Notes: generated from the letters alone by a model not told the origin. 64,000 nt of DNA from Thermodesulfobacteriota bacterium (GCA_042573485.1 JBHPCX010000003.1:19306-83305), one strand, 5' to 3'. Positions 9,302-19,966 are shown, counted from the first letter of the stretch. Numbers and translations: made by a program.

Positions 9302-11236
9302 ATGACTACATGGCATGATTATTTAAAGAGAGAAGGTCAGCCTCCGGCTTGGCCATATCCGGTCCGCTTTGAGGAAGAACAGGAAATCGAGGCGGACGTA
9401 CTTGTGATTGGCGGCGGGATTGCCGGCTGCTGGGCAGCAATCAGCGCAGCCAGGACAGGTGTAAAGGTGGTGCTGCTGGAAAAAGGGGATACAGTCAGGA
9501 GCGGCGCCGGCGGACCGGGCTGTGATCACTGGTGTAACGCGCCTGCCAACCCCCATTCCAGGGTCGATCCTGACGAGTGGGCTGAGCATATGTCGGAAGG
9601 CCCATACAGCTGTGGAATCGGCATCCAGATCCAATGCAGGGAAGACTGGGACACATTGCTGGAAATGGAGCAGATGGGCGGAAAAATCCGGGATACCGAC
9701 GATGAGTACGTAGGAGCCGAAGGCAGGTACGATGATACCAAGCTCATGTTTTCTCCCAGGTATGGAGTAAAACATAACCTCTGGCCCGAGCCCGGTGCTG
9801 GGGAGCCCGGCTTCAATCCCCCGGAAGAAAGATCAAATGTTGTAATCCGGATCTGGGGATCTACCTTTAAACCCATCCTGAAAAAAGAATGCAAACGGTT
9901 GGGCGTTAAAGTCATGGACCGGATCGCGGGTACAAGCCTGCTTACGGAAAACGGTGTTCAGGGCGAACGCGTGATCGGAGCAACAGGACTCAACAGCCGT
10001 ACGGGTGAGTTTGTCATCGTCAAATCCAAAGCGACGATCATTTCCACCGGCGGCGCGGGAGATCTGTGGCTGATGAACTCGGAACTCTGCGGAATGTCCA
10101 GCATGCATCCCAGGACCTGGACCGGCGAAGGGCTGGTAATGGCCTTTAAGGCCGGCGCGGAAATTACGAATCTGGAAATGAGTAGGCCGATTGGAATCGC
10201 CACGGGCCATAAACACAAGTGGTATACAGGCGCGGGTGACGCCAGCTATGAAAACCTGCCCATTGTTGACGCCAATGGAAAAAGAGTTCCCTTTCCCATA
10301 CAGGGCTGGGAGGATGCCGGCGCCATGATACCGGCACCGGATGTCATGGCGAAGATTGCTGAAGACGTGAAAAAGGGCGTTTATGAGCTGCCCTTTTATG
10401 GTGACTGGCCATCAATGTCTGATGTGGAAAGAAGGGCTACATGGGACCTGATGTTAGGAGAGGAGTCCACAACAAAAATCATTATAGACACTTTTAACCA
10501 GGCGGGTTTTGACGGAAGCAGGGACCTTCAGCAGAGCTATAGATTCATAGAAGGGTCCGGCCTTCCCCAATGGAGAAACGGTGGGGGTAACTTCATGATG
10601 GACTGGAACCTGAAAACCAACCTGGATGGATTGTATGTCGCGGGCACGCAGCTTGTAGGCGCTCAGGATCACAGTTACTGCGCCGCGACAGGAAGATACG
10701 CCGGAAGAAAAGCAGCGGCCTACGTTAAAGAGATCTCCCAGGGTAATGTCTCCCGTGATCAGGTACAGAAAGAAAAGGACAGGATTTACGCGCCGACCCG
10801 CCGGGACAGCGGTATCGAGTGGAAGGAATTCCACGCAGGGTTAGCCAGGATCAACCAGTACTACAACAGCGAATACAAGACAGAAAACCTTTTCAAAATG
10901 GGGCTTAACGCCCTGGAAAGAATGGAAAAGGAATTTGCTCCGCAACTGTACGCCCTGGATCCCCACAAACTTCTGCGGACTGTTGAGGATCTAACCATGC
11001 TGGAACACTCAAAAATTATCATACAGGCGTCGCTGGCCCGGAAGGCGAGCCGCATGGGATTTCAGCGCATCGACTATCCCGAGATGGATCCGCCGGAATG
11101 GAACAAGTTCCTGATCGCGAAACTGGAAAACGATAAGTTTATCACCAGACTGAAAGAGCAAAGATTCTGGGGAAACATGAAAGAGGAGTATGAGAAGTAT
11201 AATGCTGATTATGAGGGAGTGTATGAGGGAGATTAA
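9302..11236 (+). CDS. FAD-dependent oxidoreductase of the AprA/fumarate-reductase flavoprotein superfamily
   Basis: Dinucleotide fold DVLVIGGGIAGCWAAISAARTG; about 645 aa. ATG at 9302 follows GGAGAG. It is followed by a small AprB-like ferredoxin gene. Confidence 0.8.
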   Translation: MTTWHDYLKREGQPPAWPYPVRFEEEQEIEADVLVIGGGIAGCWAAISAARTGVKVVLLEKGDTVRSGAGGPGCDHWCNAPANPHSRVDPDEWAEHMSEGPYSCGIGIQIQCREDWDTLLEMEQMGGKIRDTDDEYVGAEGRYDDTKLMFSPRYGVKHNLWPEPGAGEPGFNPPEERSNVVIRIWGSTFKPILKKECKRLGVKVMDRIAGTSLLTENGVQGERVIGATGLNSRTGEFVIVKSKATIISTGGAGDLWLMNSELCGMSSMHPRTWTGEGLVMAFKAGAEITNLEMSRPIGIATGHKHKWYTGAGDASYENLPIVDANGKRVPFPIQGWEDAGAMIPAPDVMAKIAEDVKKGVYELPFYGDWPSMSDVERRATWDLMLGEESTTKIIIDTFNQAGFDGSRDLQQSYRFIEGSGLPQWRNGGGNFMMDWNLKTNLDGLYVAGTQLVGAQDHSYCAATGRYAGRKAAAYVKEISQGNVSRDQVQKEKDRIYAPTRRDSGIEWKEFHAGLARINQYYNSEYKTENLFKMGLNALERMEKEFAPQLYALDPHKLLRTVEDLTMLEHSKIIIQASLARKASRMGFQRIDYPEMDPPEWNKFLIAKLENDKFITRLKEQRFWGNMKEEYEKYNADYEGVYEGD

Positions 11237-11361
11237 GTTATGTTTTGGTGGGGTATAAAACCCCACCCTACATCGCTAAAATAAGCATCACCGTAGGGTG
11301 GTATTTTATATGCCACCTCGGAAAATTATAAAAGTATAATACTTATTTCGGAGGAAATAAT

Positions 11362-11658
11362 ATGTCTCAAAAGGAACTAAAGGCCATGACTAATGTTGTC
11401 ACGCCAAACCAGCCGGTCATTTTTGACCCGGATTATTGTACCGGGTGCAACAATTGCGTCGAGACATGCCAGATAGACGTGTATATCCCTCACCCTGAGG
11501 CCGGTATGCCGCCCATTATTCTTCATCCCGATGAATGCTGGTATTGCGGATGCTGCGCGAACGACTGCCCTGTGGAAGGCGCCATAAAATTCAACTGGCC
11601 GCTTCAATCAAGAGGATACTGGAAAAATAAGGAAACTGGAGAGGTGGGGCAGGTGTGA
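11362..11658 (+). CDS. 4Fe-4S dicluster ferredoxin (AprB-like partner)
   Basis: Two cluster motifs, CTGCNNCVETC and CWYCGCCANDCP; 98 aa; immediately downstream of the flavoprotein gene. Confidence 0.75.
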   Translation: MSQKELKAMTNVVTPNQPVIFDPDYCTGCNNCVETCQIDVYIPHPEAGMPPIILHPDECWYCGCCANDCPVEGAIKFNWPLQSRGYWKNKETGEVGQV

Positions 11659-11916
11659 TAACAATTAACAATTATCAGTGAAAAATAATCAATGATCAAT
11701 AAACAGTTACAGATGACAGATGACAGAGAGCAGAAGTCAGAAACTCAGAAGTTAAGAAGTTTAGAAGATAAGAAGGTTAGTTTGGATTAAGGGGCAAGGA
11801 TTAAGTCTTTCGACGATCGTCGGTCAACGGTCATCGGTCTGTCGTTAAATAACCAATAACTAATAACAGATAACCATTAGCTTTTTAATCTTGAATCTTG
11901 AATTTTGAGTCTTGAA
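11659..11916. repeat. Intergenic mosaic of short-period tracts (CAAT, GACAGAT/AGAAG, CGGTC, ATAAC, TTGAAT flavours)
   Basis: Read directly: ...caattaacaattatcag...cagatgacagatgacagagagcagaagtcagaaactcagaagttaagaag...cgtcggtcaacggtcatcggtctgtcg...aatcttgaatcttgaattttgagtcttgaatc. Confidence 0.65.
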
Positions 11917-12633
11917 TCATACTTCCAAATATTTCGCGCGAATATCAGGGCTGGCATCCAGCTCTTCAACTGTTCCGGAAAAACCAACCCGCGCCTTATC
12001 CATAAGGTAAACCCGGTTTGCAAGGGACATGGCGACCTTGAGGTTGTGCTCCACCAGAAGGATGGAAACACCGGTCTTACCGATGCTCTCCAGCACATCA
12101 CGGACCTCCCAGGTGAGAACAGGTGACAGTCCTTCAGTGGGCTCATCGACCATGAGCAGATCGGGATTCCCCATGAGGGTCCGGGCAATAGCGAGCATTT
12201 GCTGTTCTCCGCCCGAAAGGGTGGAGCCCTTCTGGCTGCCGCGCTCTTTCAATATGGGGAAATGTGTGTAAACCCTCTCAAGATCCCACTGGTTCCCGCC
12301 CTCCATCCGGGCGGCCTTACCATGCTTGACGCCCATCTTCAGATTGTCCAGCACCGGCAGGTTCGGAAATATCCGCCTTTCTTCGGGCACGTAACCGATT
12401 CCGGCCCTGGCTGCCTGGTAAGGTGCACAGCCGAAAATGTCCTTTTCCCCGTAGACAATAGATCCTGATGCCGGCCGCACCAGTCCCATAATGCTTTTCA
12501 GGGTCGTGCTCTTGCCCATTCCATTCCGACCGAGAAGAACGACGATTTCTCCGCGGTCAACGGATATGGACATGTCCTGCAGCACGTGGCTCTTGCCATA
12601 GTAGGTGTTCAGATCCTTTACTTGCAGCAGCAT
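11917..12633 (-). CDS. livF: Branched-chain amino acid ABC transporter ATP-binding protein (LivF type)
   Basis: Walker A GRNGMGKST and signature LSGGEQQMLAIAR; last gene of a five-gene Liv-like operon. Confidence 0.85.
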   Translation of the reverse strand: MLLQVKDLNTYYGKSHVLQDMSISVDRGEIVVLLGRNGMGKSTTLKSIMGLVRPASGSIVYGEKDIFGCAPYQAARAGIGYVPEERRIFPNLPVLDNLKMGVKHGKAARMEGGNQWDLERVYTHFPILKERGSQKGSTLSGGEQQMLAIARTLMGNPDLLMVDEPTEGLSPVLTWEVRDVLESIGKTGVSILLVEHNLKVAMSLANRVYLMDKARVGFSGTVEELDASPDIRAKYLEV

Positions 12634-12635
12634 CT

Positions 12636-13382
12636 CTAGTCCTCCATCTCGCCCAGGTAGGCGCCCTTGACCTCCGGGCTGTCCCTAATTTCACGGGGTG
12701 TTCCGGTGGTCAGGATCTCACCGTGATGAAGCACTGTTATCCGGTCCGCGATGGAAAAAACCACATCCATGTCATGCTCGATTATGACCATGGTTCTGTT
12801 TTCGGTCAATTTCCGGATCAGTTCAACCGTGTGGCGTGTCTCCTCACGGGACATGCCGGCTGTGGGCTCATCGAGCATTACCAGGTCAGGGTCAGTGGCC
12901 ACGGCCATACCGACCTCCAGGGACCGGTGTTTACCATAGGATAATTCGCAGGCCGGTATATCACGTTCATCATACAGGTTGATACGCTTGAGAACACGAT
13001 CCGTCTCTTTGGTTATGGTTTTCAGATTGTCTACCTTGCGGAACAGGCTGAAGCGGATACCTTCCCTTGACAGAATCCCCATACGGATATTCTCGAAGGC
13101 GGTTAACCGTGAAAAGGTACTGGTGATCTGAAAGGAACGTCCCATACCCATGCGTACCAGCTTATAGGGTCTGGCCCTTGTAACATTCCTGCCTTTGAAG
13201 AAGATTCTCCCGCCTCTGGGTATGATACTGCCGGTGATGAGGTTAAACAGTGTGGTTTTTCCTGCACCATTGGGCCCAATAATGGCGTGTTTTTCTCCTT
13301 CGGTCACCTGGAGATTCACTTCTGATATTGCTTTCAGGCCCTTGAAGTCGTGTGACAGGCCTTTGGTTTGGAGAATATTCAT
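12636..13382 (-). CDS. livG: Branched-chain amino acid ABC transporter ATP-binding protein (LivG type)
   Basis: Walker A GPNGAGKTT. The start is taken at MNILQTKGL, with an ATGA overlap onto the livM stop at 13379-13382. Confidence 0.85.
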   Translation of the reverse strand: MNILQTKGLSHDFKGLKAISEVNLQVTEGEKHAIIGPNGAGKTTLFNLITGSIIPRGGRIFFKGRNVTRARPYKLVRMGMGRSFQITSTFSRLTAFENIRMGILSREGIRFSLFRKVDNLKTITKETDRVLKRINLYDERDIPACELSYGKHRSLEVGMAVATDPDLVMLDEPTAGMSREETRHTVELIRKLTENRTMVIIEHDMDVVFSIADRITVLHHGEILTTGTPREIRDSPEVKGAYLGEMED

Positions 13383-14377
13383 ATTTTGTCCTCCTCCGCA
13401 GGCTGTTTGGCAGCACTGGTAAAGCATCTCTCCTTGATAGTAGAGAAAATGCCCACAATTCCAAGGGGGGCAAACAGGACCACTAGGATGAACACCAGTC
13501 CGTTGACCAGTTCTATGCGTTCCGTAAACCGGAAGGTGACGTCTTCCAGGATATGGAGAATCCCCGCACCCAGGATCGGACCCAGGAAGTTACCTATCCC
13601 CCCGATGTAGGCCATCATGATGGCGTAAAAGGAGGTGTGGATATCAAGCACACCCACAGTGGAAACCAGGTTCTGGAACAGGGCGTAGAGCCCTCCGGCG
13701 ATTCCGGCAAAGGTGCCCGAAACTATCAGGTTGACGGCCCTGGTCTGGGGCAGCCTGAATCCCATATAGTCCACCCGTTCTGCGTTATCCCTGATGCCCA
13801 CGAGAAGACTGCCGAATGGCGTCTTTGTATAAAACCACATCATCCAGATGGAAACAGCTATTATGGTAATGGCAAAATAATAGAAATTCGTTTGATCGTA
13901 CATATCGACGGACACAATGCCGGGAATGTTGAGAGGAGGGATCGGGTATCCCCCGATGCCGTCCTCGCCGCCGGTGATTTCCCTGAATTTGAGGGCAAAA
14001 ACAAAGAGAAGCTGGCCAAAGGCCAGGGTAAGCATGGCAAAGGCAGTGCCGCTGACCCTGATTAGAAGGGGGCAGAGGATAAGCGCCAGAAGCCCGCCGG
14101 AAAGGCTGCCGATGAGCAGCGCCGGGATCAGCGGCAGGTTGTTTATGTGGGTTAATGCCAGGGCCGTGGCATAGGCCCCTGTGCCGAAAAACATCGCGTG
14201 CCCGAAGCTGAGAACACCCATGTAGCCGAGAAGCAGGTTGAAGCTGACGGCATACATGGCAAAAATGGCGAACTTGACAAAAAAATTAGTGTAGTAGATG
14301 CCGAACAGGTGCGGATAAATGACAATAATTGCCAGCACGGCAAAGGATATAATCCACAGGTGGAGTTTATGCCTCAT
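13379..14377 (-). CDS. livM: Branched-chain amino acid ABC transporter permease (LivM type)
   Basis: 332-aa polytopic membrane protein in an overlapping operon arrangement. Confidence 0.8.
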   Translation of the reverse strand: MRHKLHLWIISFAVLAIIVIYPHLFGIYYTNFFVKFAIFAMYAVSFNLLLGYMGVLSFGHAMFFGTGAYATALALTHINNLPLIPALLIGSLSGGLLALILCPLLIRVSGTAFAMLTLAFGQLLFVFALKFREITGGEDGIGGYPIPPLNIPGIVSVDMYDQTNFYYFAITIIAVSIWMMWFYTKTPFGSLLVGIRDNAERVDYMGFRLPQTRAVNLIVSGTFAGIAGGLYALFQNLVSTVGVLDIHTSFYAIMMAYIGGIGNFLGPILGAGILHILEDVTFRFTERIELVNGLVFILVVLFAPLGIVGIFSTIKERCFTSAAKQPAEEDKI

Positions 14378-15246
14378 TCTCTTTCTCCGAAGAGGCCCTT
14401 GGGCTTGAAGGATAGTACGATAGCCATGAATACAAACATCAGGACCGGCGCAAGTTTGGGAAGGAACTGGATTCCGTATGCATTCAGCTCTCCCAGGAAC
14501 AGGGCCACGACAAAGGCACCGGTGAGGCTGCCGAAGCCTCCTACAACCACCACCACGAAGGCATCCATCCCCATCAGCTCAGCCATTCCCGGAAAAACTG
14601 TGAGTAACGGGCCTGCGGCAGCCCCTGCGACCCCGGCCAGCCATGTGCCGAAGGCAAAGACACCCATAAAGAGTAAAGAAGTATTGATCCCCAGGGCGTT
14701 GACCATATCCGGGTCGGAGACAGCTGCCCTGACAACCATTCCCAGCCGGGTCATATACAGGACGATACCCATCACACCAAAAACGGCCAGTGCCAGCACA
14801 ATGATGAAAATGCGGTATATTGGGTAGCTGAAATTACCGATATGTATCAGGCCGGAAAGGGACGGAGGAATCTTCACCACCAGGCTTTCGGTTCCCCAGC
14901 CGACTTTTACACCCTCCAGTATCACCATCATGATACCGACAGTGATAAGGAGCTCGGCAATGTGGCCCCGGGCATGCACTTTTCTCAAAAGGAAACGCTC
15001 CGTAAGTGCGCCGAACATTGCCGTTATCACGGGGGCAATCAACAGCCCCAGCCAGAAATTGCCGGTGTAATGCACGATTGTGTAAGAGAAATAGGCGGAC
15101 AGCATGAAAAATGAGGCATGGGCGATATTGAGAATCCCCATCATGCCGAAGATCATGGTAAGACCGGATGCCAGTAAAAAAAGCAGCATTCCGTAGGCCA
15201 GTCCGTGAATGCCCTGGGAAATGTACAGGATGGCTGTCGGGTCCAT
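14374..15246 (-). CDS. livH: Branched-chain amino acid ABC transporter permease (LivH type)
   Basis: Polytopic membrane protein. ATG at 15246 lies 6 nt after GGAGGAG; the ORF-track start at 15261 is an alternative. Confidence 0.8.
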   Translation of the reverse strand: MDPTAILYISQGIHGLAYGMLLFLLASGLTMIFGMMGILNIAHASFFMLSAYFSYTIVHYTGNFWLGLLIAPVITAMFGALTERFLLRKVHARGHIAELLITVGIMMVILEGVKVGWGTESLVVKIPPSLSGLIHIGNFSYPIYRIFIIVLALAVFGVMGIVLYMTRLGMVVRAAVSDPDMVNALGINTSLLFMGVFAFGTWLAGVAGAAAGPLLTVFPGMAELMGMDAFVVVVVGGFGSLTGAFVVALFLGELNAYGIQFLPKLAPVLMFVFMAIVLSFKPKGLFGERE

Positions 15247-15494
15247 CAGATTCTCCTCCATTGTAGTGACTCAAACTAAAAAGAATATCTCTCGCTCGTT
15301 CCCTTCGGTCACTAGAGAGCGCAGAGAAAAGCTTTTGTTTTTTAAACACCAATAATATTTTTTGTTTTTCTCTGCGAGCTCTGCGAGATACATGTTTTTT
15401 CTTTGTGGTCTGTTAAATTTAGCAAAATAATATGTCATTGTATTTATGTCATAGATTACTAAGTCAACAGCATTATCCGAAAAGAGACCCCGGA

Positions 15495-16853
15495 CTATTT
15501 ACTGACACGGCCTTTCAGCTTCGGATCGAAGGTGGGCATACAATCTTCAGCCGGTATCCATGTGGCATCAGCCGGGGCAGCGTTATTAGGCATATCCCAT
15601 TTATTAGGGAACTCCAGCACATTGATGGGGCGGTCCGCTATGGCCTGGTGATCATCAGGCCGCATATACATTGGCCAGCCAAAGAAATCAAATGTGTGTC
15701 CTTCCCAGGCGGCAATTATCTTCTGCGGGTCAGTGCTGCCGGTTTCCTCCAGGACCTTGAAGTACCAGTAGTAGGACGTGAGGTATCTGAACCAGGTGCC
15801 CCTGGGCCACCGGTACATCTCAGTATTATAGGGTTCCTTCCAGGTTTTCCAGAGATTGTTCCATATGGCAGCAAGTTTATTTATCATTGGTTTTCTGCGG
15901 TCCAGGTAGAAATCGGAGCACAGGATCAAGCCGGCACCCGCGGGTCCGCCGATTATCTCCAGGGGGCGCGTGTCGTCCAAAAAGGGGCTGGCAAACTGGA
16001 TGTACATGTCCGGATCCAGCGGGTTCTTCAATCCCAGCTGCCTTGATTGTTTTATCAGGTTATCATTGTCAGCCCCCCAGGCTCCCGTGATGACGACATT
16101 GGCCCGGGATGCCCTTATCTTTTCAAGGTAGGGCGCGAAATCCTTCGTAAGCTGGGGAAAGTAGTCCTCCCCGACGATTTTGGCATCGGGTCTCACCTTC
16201 AAAAGGGCTCTTTTGAAGGCACCTGTAAAGGAATAACCCCAGATGTAGTCCTGGGCGCAGATATAGAACTTGTTTTCCGGCCGGTTTACAAAATAGTTGG
16301 CCAGGGCTCCTCCGCTGGTTGCCGCGGTCCCGCTTGTGCGAAAGACATACTTGTTGAAGTTAGGAACATCCATAAGTGAATCGGCAAAGGCGGAGCAGTT
16401 CATGTAGATTGTTTTGAACCGTTTTGCTGTTTGCTGACCGACCTTGGAGATATGGCTTCCGGTCACTCCGGAGAACATGATAACCTTGTCTTTTAATATT
16501 GCTCTTTCAGCGGCTGCTTTACCCGGTGCCGGCTTCCCCTGTGTATCGGCCTTTATGATCCGGATCAGTTTTTTCTTTCCATCCACGAGGATTCCGCCCT
16601 GGCTGTTTATGTCATGGACAACAAAACCCAGGACAGCCCAGTAGCCCTCACCCACATAGGTGTTGGGCCCGGTAAAGACATCCCAGATGGCGATATTTAT
16701 CGTGTCACCTGATGTTGGAAAAGTCTGGTTGTTGGGGTCAAAGCTGGAAAGGTCCCCTTTCAGGGGTTCGAAGGCCCGGACCGGTGCGGGCGGCAGGACC
16801 GACAGGCAAAGAAAAACAGTGAACAGGTAATAAATATTTCTGATGATTCTCAT
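15495..16853 (-). CDS. ABC transporter substrate-binding protein (type I periplasmic binding fold, Liv-like)
   Basis: Signal peptide MRIIRNIYYLFTVFLCLSVLPPAPVRA; 452 aa; first gene of the Liv-type operon. Confidence 0.8.
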   Translation of the reverse strand: MRIIRNIYYLFTVFLCLSVLPPAPVRAFEPLKGDLSSFDPNNQTFPTSGDTINIAIWDVFTGPNTYVGEGYWAVLGFVVHDINSQGGILVDGKKKLIRIIKADTQGKPAPGKAAAERAILKDKVIMFSGVTGSHISKVGQQTAKRFKTIYMNCSAFADSLMDVPNFNKYVFRTSGTAATSGGALANYFVNRPENKFYICAQDYIWGYSFTGAFKRALLKVRPDAKIVGEDYFPQLTKDFAPYLEKIRASRANVVITGAWGADNDNLIKQSRQLGLKNPLDPDMYIQFASPFLDDTRPLEIIGGPAGAGLILCSDFYLDRRKPMINKLAAIWNNLWKTWKEPYNTEMYRWPRGTWFRYLTSYYWYFKVLEETGSTDPQKIIAAWEGHTFDFFGWPMYMRPDDHQAIADRPINVLEFPNKWDMPNNAAPADATWIPAEDCMPTFDPKLKGRVSK

Positions 16854-16940
16854 TTTTTAATCCTTTTTCTTAAGGTGACACTGTTGAATATTGTGAGTGG
16901 AAAAAGGGGGCCACGATCTCAAACAAGGATAGATTTATTG

Positions 16941-17240
16941 TCACCTATCCTTTTTTCTGAACCCGAGAAAGATCCAGAAGATGCCCCAGGATAAGACGAT
17001 GGGGCTAAGTCCCACATAAAAAAAGATGTGCCATTCGTTATTCCACGGCCTTAGATAAAGCGCGAAAAAAGACAACCAGAGGAACGAGGCCAAAATCGCC
17101 ATACGCTTCCAGCCGGTAAGTTTTAAGCCTCGATTCAGAGGTCTGATTTCAGGTTCAGGCTGCCTGTTCAGCATTCTGGGGAGTAGAAGAATGCCTAAAA
17201 TAATCACAACAATAATGACAATTTCCATTAAACCTGACAT
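16941..17240 (-). CDS. Small membrane protein, unknown function
   Basis: Hydrophobic segments (MEIVIIVVIILGILLL; ILASFLWLSFFALYL; IVLSWGIFWIFLGF). The start is chosen at the MSGLMEIV methionine. Confidence 0.4.
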   Translation of the reverse strand: MSGLMEIVIIVVIILGILLLPRMLNRQPEPEIRPLNRGLKLTGWKRMAILASFLWLSFFALYLRPWNNEWHIFFYVGLSPIVLSWGIFWIFLGFRKKDR

Positions 17241-17593
17241 CGCGGAGTTTCCTAATGCTAACACAATTGTTTGGTTATGCCCACAAAGGGCTGCCACCCA
17301 GAGCAAATGGATTTTCTATCAGAAAAGGAAGGATGATGCAACCTGTGAAAAAGGGAAACGCTGTTAGGAGAATGGAACAGCGTATGCGCCCTGTTATTTG
17401 AATAAAGGATTTTCTTACCTGCCACACAAAACCAACAACCAGCGACTAACTAATAGCAACCAACAACCAACAACAATCCATGACGAACTTTTTAAAAGTA
17501 TTTCATTGATTATTGATCATTGTTATTTGATAATTGACGAATCGGAATCATATATGAACGTCCCCTATTTCTTTACATTCAGGAAATGGAAAA

Positions 17594-18181
17594 GTGAATT
17601 TGAATACCAGACCAAAAGCATTATTATTAGTCCTAGGAATCGCTGCCGTCCTGATAGCAGGCGTAAATCCATTCCAGGTTTGGGCTGAAAAAAAAGTAAT
17701 TCCGCCCGGATCTATAACCTTGGAAGCCCGTGTAAAAAAGCTTGAAGATCTTGAAGAAATACGGCAGCGTATAATGGATTACGGGCGTTTTCTGGATCAG
17801 AGGGATTTCAAATCTTTTTCGGAACTGTTCGCGAAAACAAAAGGGGAATGGATCGGCGGGATGGGCCGGGCTAAGGGATCGCAAGCAATTCGCGAGCTGA
17901 TGGAAAGCACAATTGGAAAAAATACGTCCATGACCCAATCCCTGCACTTGTTTACGAACGAATCGATTCATGTAAACGGCGATCAGGCCAGGGCTGTAAC
18001 CAAATGGATATTTATGGTTACAGGAGAATCCAATCGTCCCGAGCTCTATTTCGTAGGCCATTATGAAGATACGATGATAAGGGAGAACGGCCGCTGGAAA
18101 TTCCTGCGACGCGTTGTTCATGCCGATATACCCACAGATGGTCAAATATCTACAAACAAGCCGCCTGAGGCGGACAAGTGA
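17594..18181 (+). CDS. Secreted SnoaL-like / NTF2-fold protein
   Basis: Signal peptide; the pattern LEEIRQRIMDYGRFLDQRDF...GHYEDTMIRENGRWKF is typical of SnoaL_4-type domains. Confidence 0.6.
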   Translation: MNLNTRPKALLLVLGIAAVLIAGVNPFQVWAEKKVIPPGSITLEARVKKLEDLEEIRQRIMDYGRFLDQRDFKSFSELFAKTKGEWIGGMGRAKGSQAIRELMESTIGKNTSMTQSLHLFTNESIHVNGDQARAVTKWIFMVTGESNRPELYFVGHYEDTMIRENGRWKFLRRVVHADIPTDGQISTNKPPEADK

Positions 18182-18257
18182 ACAATAAACTAGTTTTTAA
18201 GACTATAAACCATAAACTGCATTTTAATAAGATCATCAAACAATCAGGGGGTTGAAA

Positions 18258-19352
18258 ATGACAAAAGGTTTAAAAATTGCGATCAACATGGGCGGCGGTG
18301 ATGCTCCCGGCTTGAATGCTGTGACAGAGGCCGTTGTTTTATCAGCTACAAACAGAAACTGGGAGGTCTACGGCATCAAAAACAGCTACCAGGGACTCCT
18401 TGATACGGATGAGATTATCCGCCTTACGCCTGAAAGAGTGTGGCATATATCAAACCTTGGAGGGACAATACTCGGAACAACAAATAAAGGGAATCCTTTT
18501 GAGATGCCCATTACCAATATTGCAGGAGAAACCGAAATCCGTGATGTTTCCGACAAGGTTGTCGAGAACTTCAACCGTCTTGGTTTTGACTGCCTTGTAG
18601 CCGTGGGAGGAGACGGAAGCCTGAAAATCGCCTATGATCTTTTTAAGAAAGGGATTCCGGTTGTCGGGGTTCCAAAGACCATTGACAATGATCTTGAGGC
18701 GACCGTTATTACTTTTGGTTTTGATACGGCTGTAGGTATCGCTACGGAGGCCATCGACCGTTTGCATTCTACTACCAAATCACATGAAAGAGTCATGGTT
18801 GTTGAAGTCATGGGGAGGCACGCCGGATGGATAGCTTTGAACAGCGGGATATCCGGAGAAGCGGATGTGATCCTCATCCCGGAGATACCTTTTGATATGG
18901 ACAAAGTATGCAAACACATCACGGGGCTGGAGCTTAACGGACAGCATTACGCGATTGTAGTAGCAGCGGAAGGTGCAAAACCTGTTGGAGGCAAATTACT
19001 TGATAAAGGAGAAGGCGAGGTGGGGCGCCAGGATGTTGTCCTCGGTGGTGTAGGGGAATTTGTAGCAAAGGAGATTTCAGCAAAAACAGGAAAAGATACC
19101 CGGTCCATGGTCCTCGGACATCTTCAAAGGGGCGGATCGCCTACTACTTTTGACCGGTTGCTTTCCCTCAGGTTCGGCGCGGCCGCGGTCCGGATGATCG
19201 CCGAGGAAAATTTCGGGACCATGGTAGCTTTAAATCCTCCCGTAGTAGAGGCCATCCCCCTGGAAAAAGTAATCGGAAAAATAAAAAATGTCTCACTCGA
19301 CAGTGATACTGTTCAGACAGCGAGAGAAATCGGTATATGTTTTGGAGATTAG
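18258..19352 (+). CDS. pfkA: ATP-dependent 6-phosphofructokinase
   Basis: Motifs GGDAPGLNAV, GGDGS, PKTIDND and MGRHAGW; ATG at 18258 follows GGGGG. Confidence 0.9.
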   Translation: MTKGLKIAINMGGGDAPGLNAVTEAVVLSATNRNWEVYGIKNSYQGLLDTDEIIRLTPERVWHISNLGGTILGTTNKGNPFEMPITNIAGETEIRDVSDKVVENFNRLGFDCLVAVGGDGSLKIAYDLFKKGIPVVGVPKTIDNDLEATVITFGFDTAVGIATEAIDRLHSTTKSHERVMVVEVMGRHAGWIALNSGISGEADVILIPEIPFDMDKVCKHITGLELNGQHYAIVVAAEGAKPVGGKLLDKGEGEVGRQDVVLGGVGEFVAKEISAKTGKDTRSMVLGHLQRGGSPTTFDRLLSLRFGAAAVRMIAEENFGTMVALNPPVVEAIPLEKVIGKIKNVSLDSDTVQTAREIGICFGD

Positions 19353-19472
19353 CGGGTTGTCGGTGGTTTGTTGTTTGTAGTGATGTCATTTTAGTTTGAC
19401 TACACACGACTCACAACCCACAACCAGCTACCCACAACCTGCAACTTTTCTTTAAAGTGAAAGGAGTGACAT

Positions 19473-19679
19473 ATGGAATATATCAACGCTGTTAATATAA
19501 TTACCGCGGTGATAGTTTTGCTGATTTTATATTTTTTAAAGAAATTATTTACTGCGGATATTGGAGAAAACAGGTTCTTTTATATTTTGGCTCTGGTTGC
19601 CCTGTGTGTAGGCGTATATCTCTGGAGAAGCGGCGTTTTATCAGAGGTGATTGGTAATATATTCGGAGTAGTAGAGTAA
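19473..19679 (+). CDS. Small membrane protein, unknown function
   Basis: 68 aa with two hydrophobic helices; AGGAG lies upstream. Confidence 0.4.
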   Translation: MEYINAVNIITAVIVLLILYFLKKLFTADIGENRFFYILALVALCVGVYLWRSGVLSEVIGNIFGVVE

Positions 19680-19725
19680 CAATTATCAATTATCAATGAA
19701 CAATTACCAAATAGAGGCCAGAAAT

Positions 19726-19882
19726 CATTATAGGCTGAAGCTGTTCAGCCTGCAGTCGTCGCCATCCACCGTCGCTAAAGCTATGGCGGACAGGCAGGCT
19801 ATGACGGGCCAGGAAAGACTATTAGCAAAAGATTTTTTTAGATTTACCTAACAGTCTTCAGCCTTCAGTCTAATATGCTAAA
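19726..19882. repeat. AGGCT-palindrome family copy 2 (long form with GC-rich insert)
   Basis: taggctgaagctgttcagcct ... gctatggcggacaggcagg ... ccaggaaagactattagcaaaag ... cctaacagtcttcagccttcagtctaat. Confidence 0.7.
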
Positions 19883-19966
19883 GATAATTTTGAATGACGA
19901 ACACGATCCTCAAGGTATTTAACAGGGCAAACTATAAACAACATAATGATTTAAAAGAGACAAATA

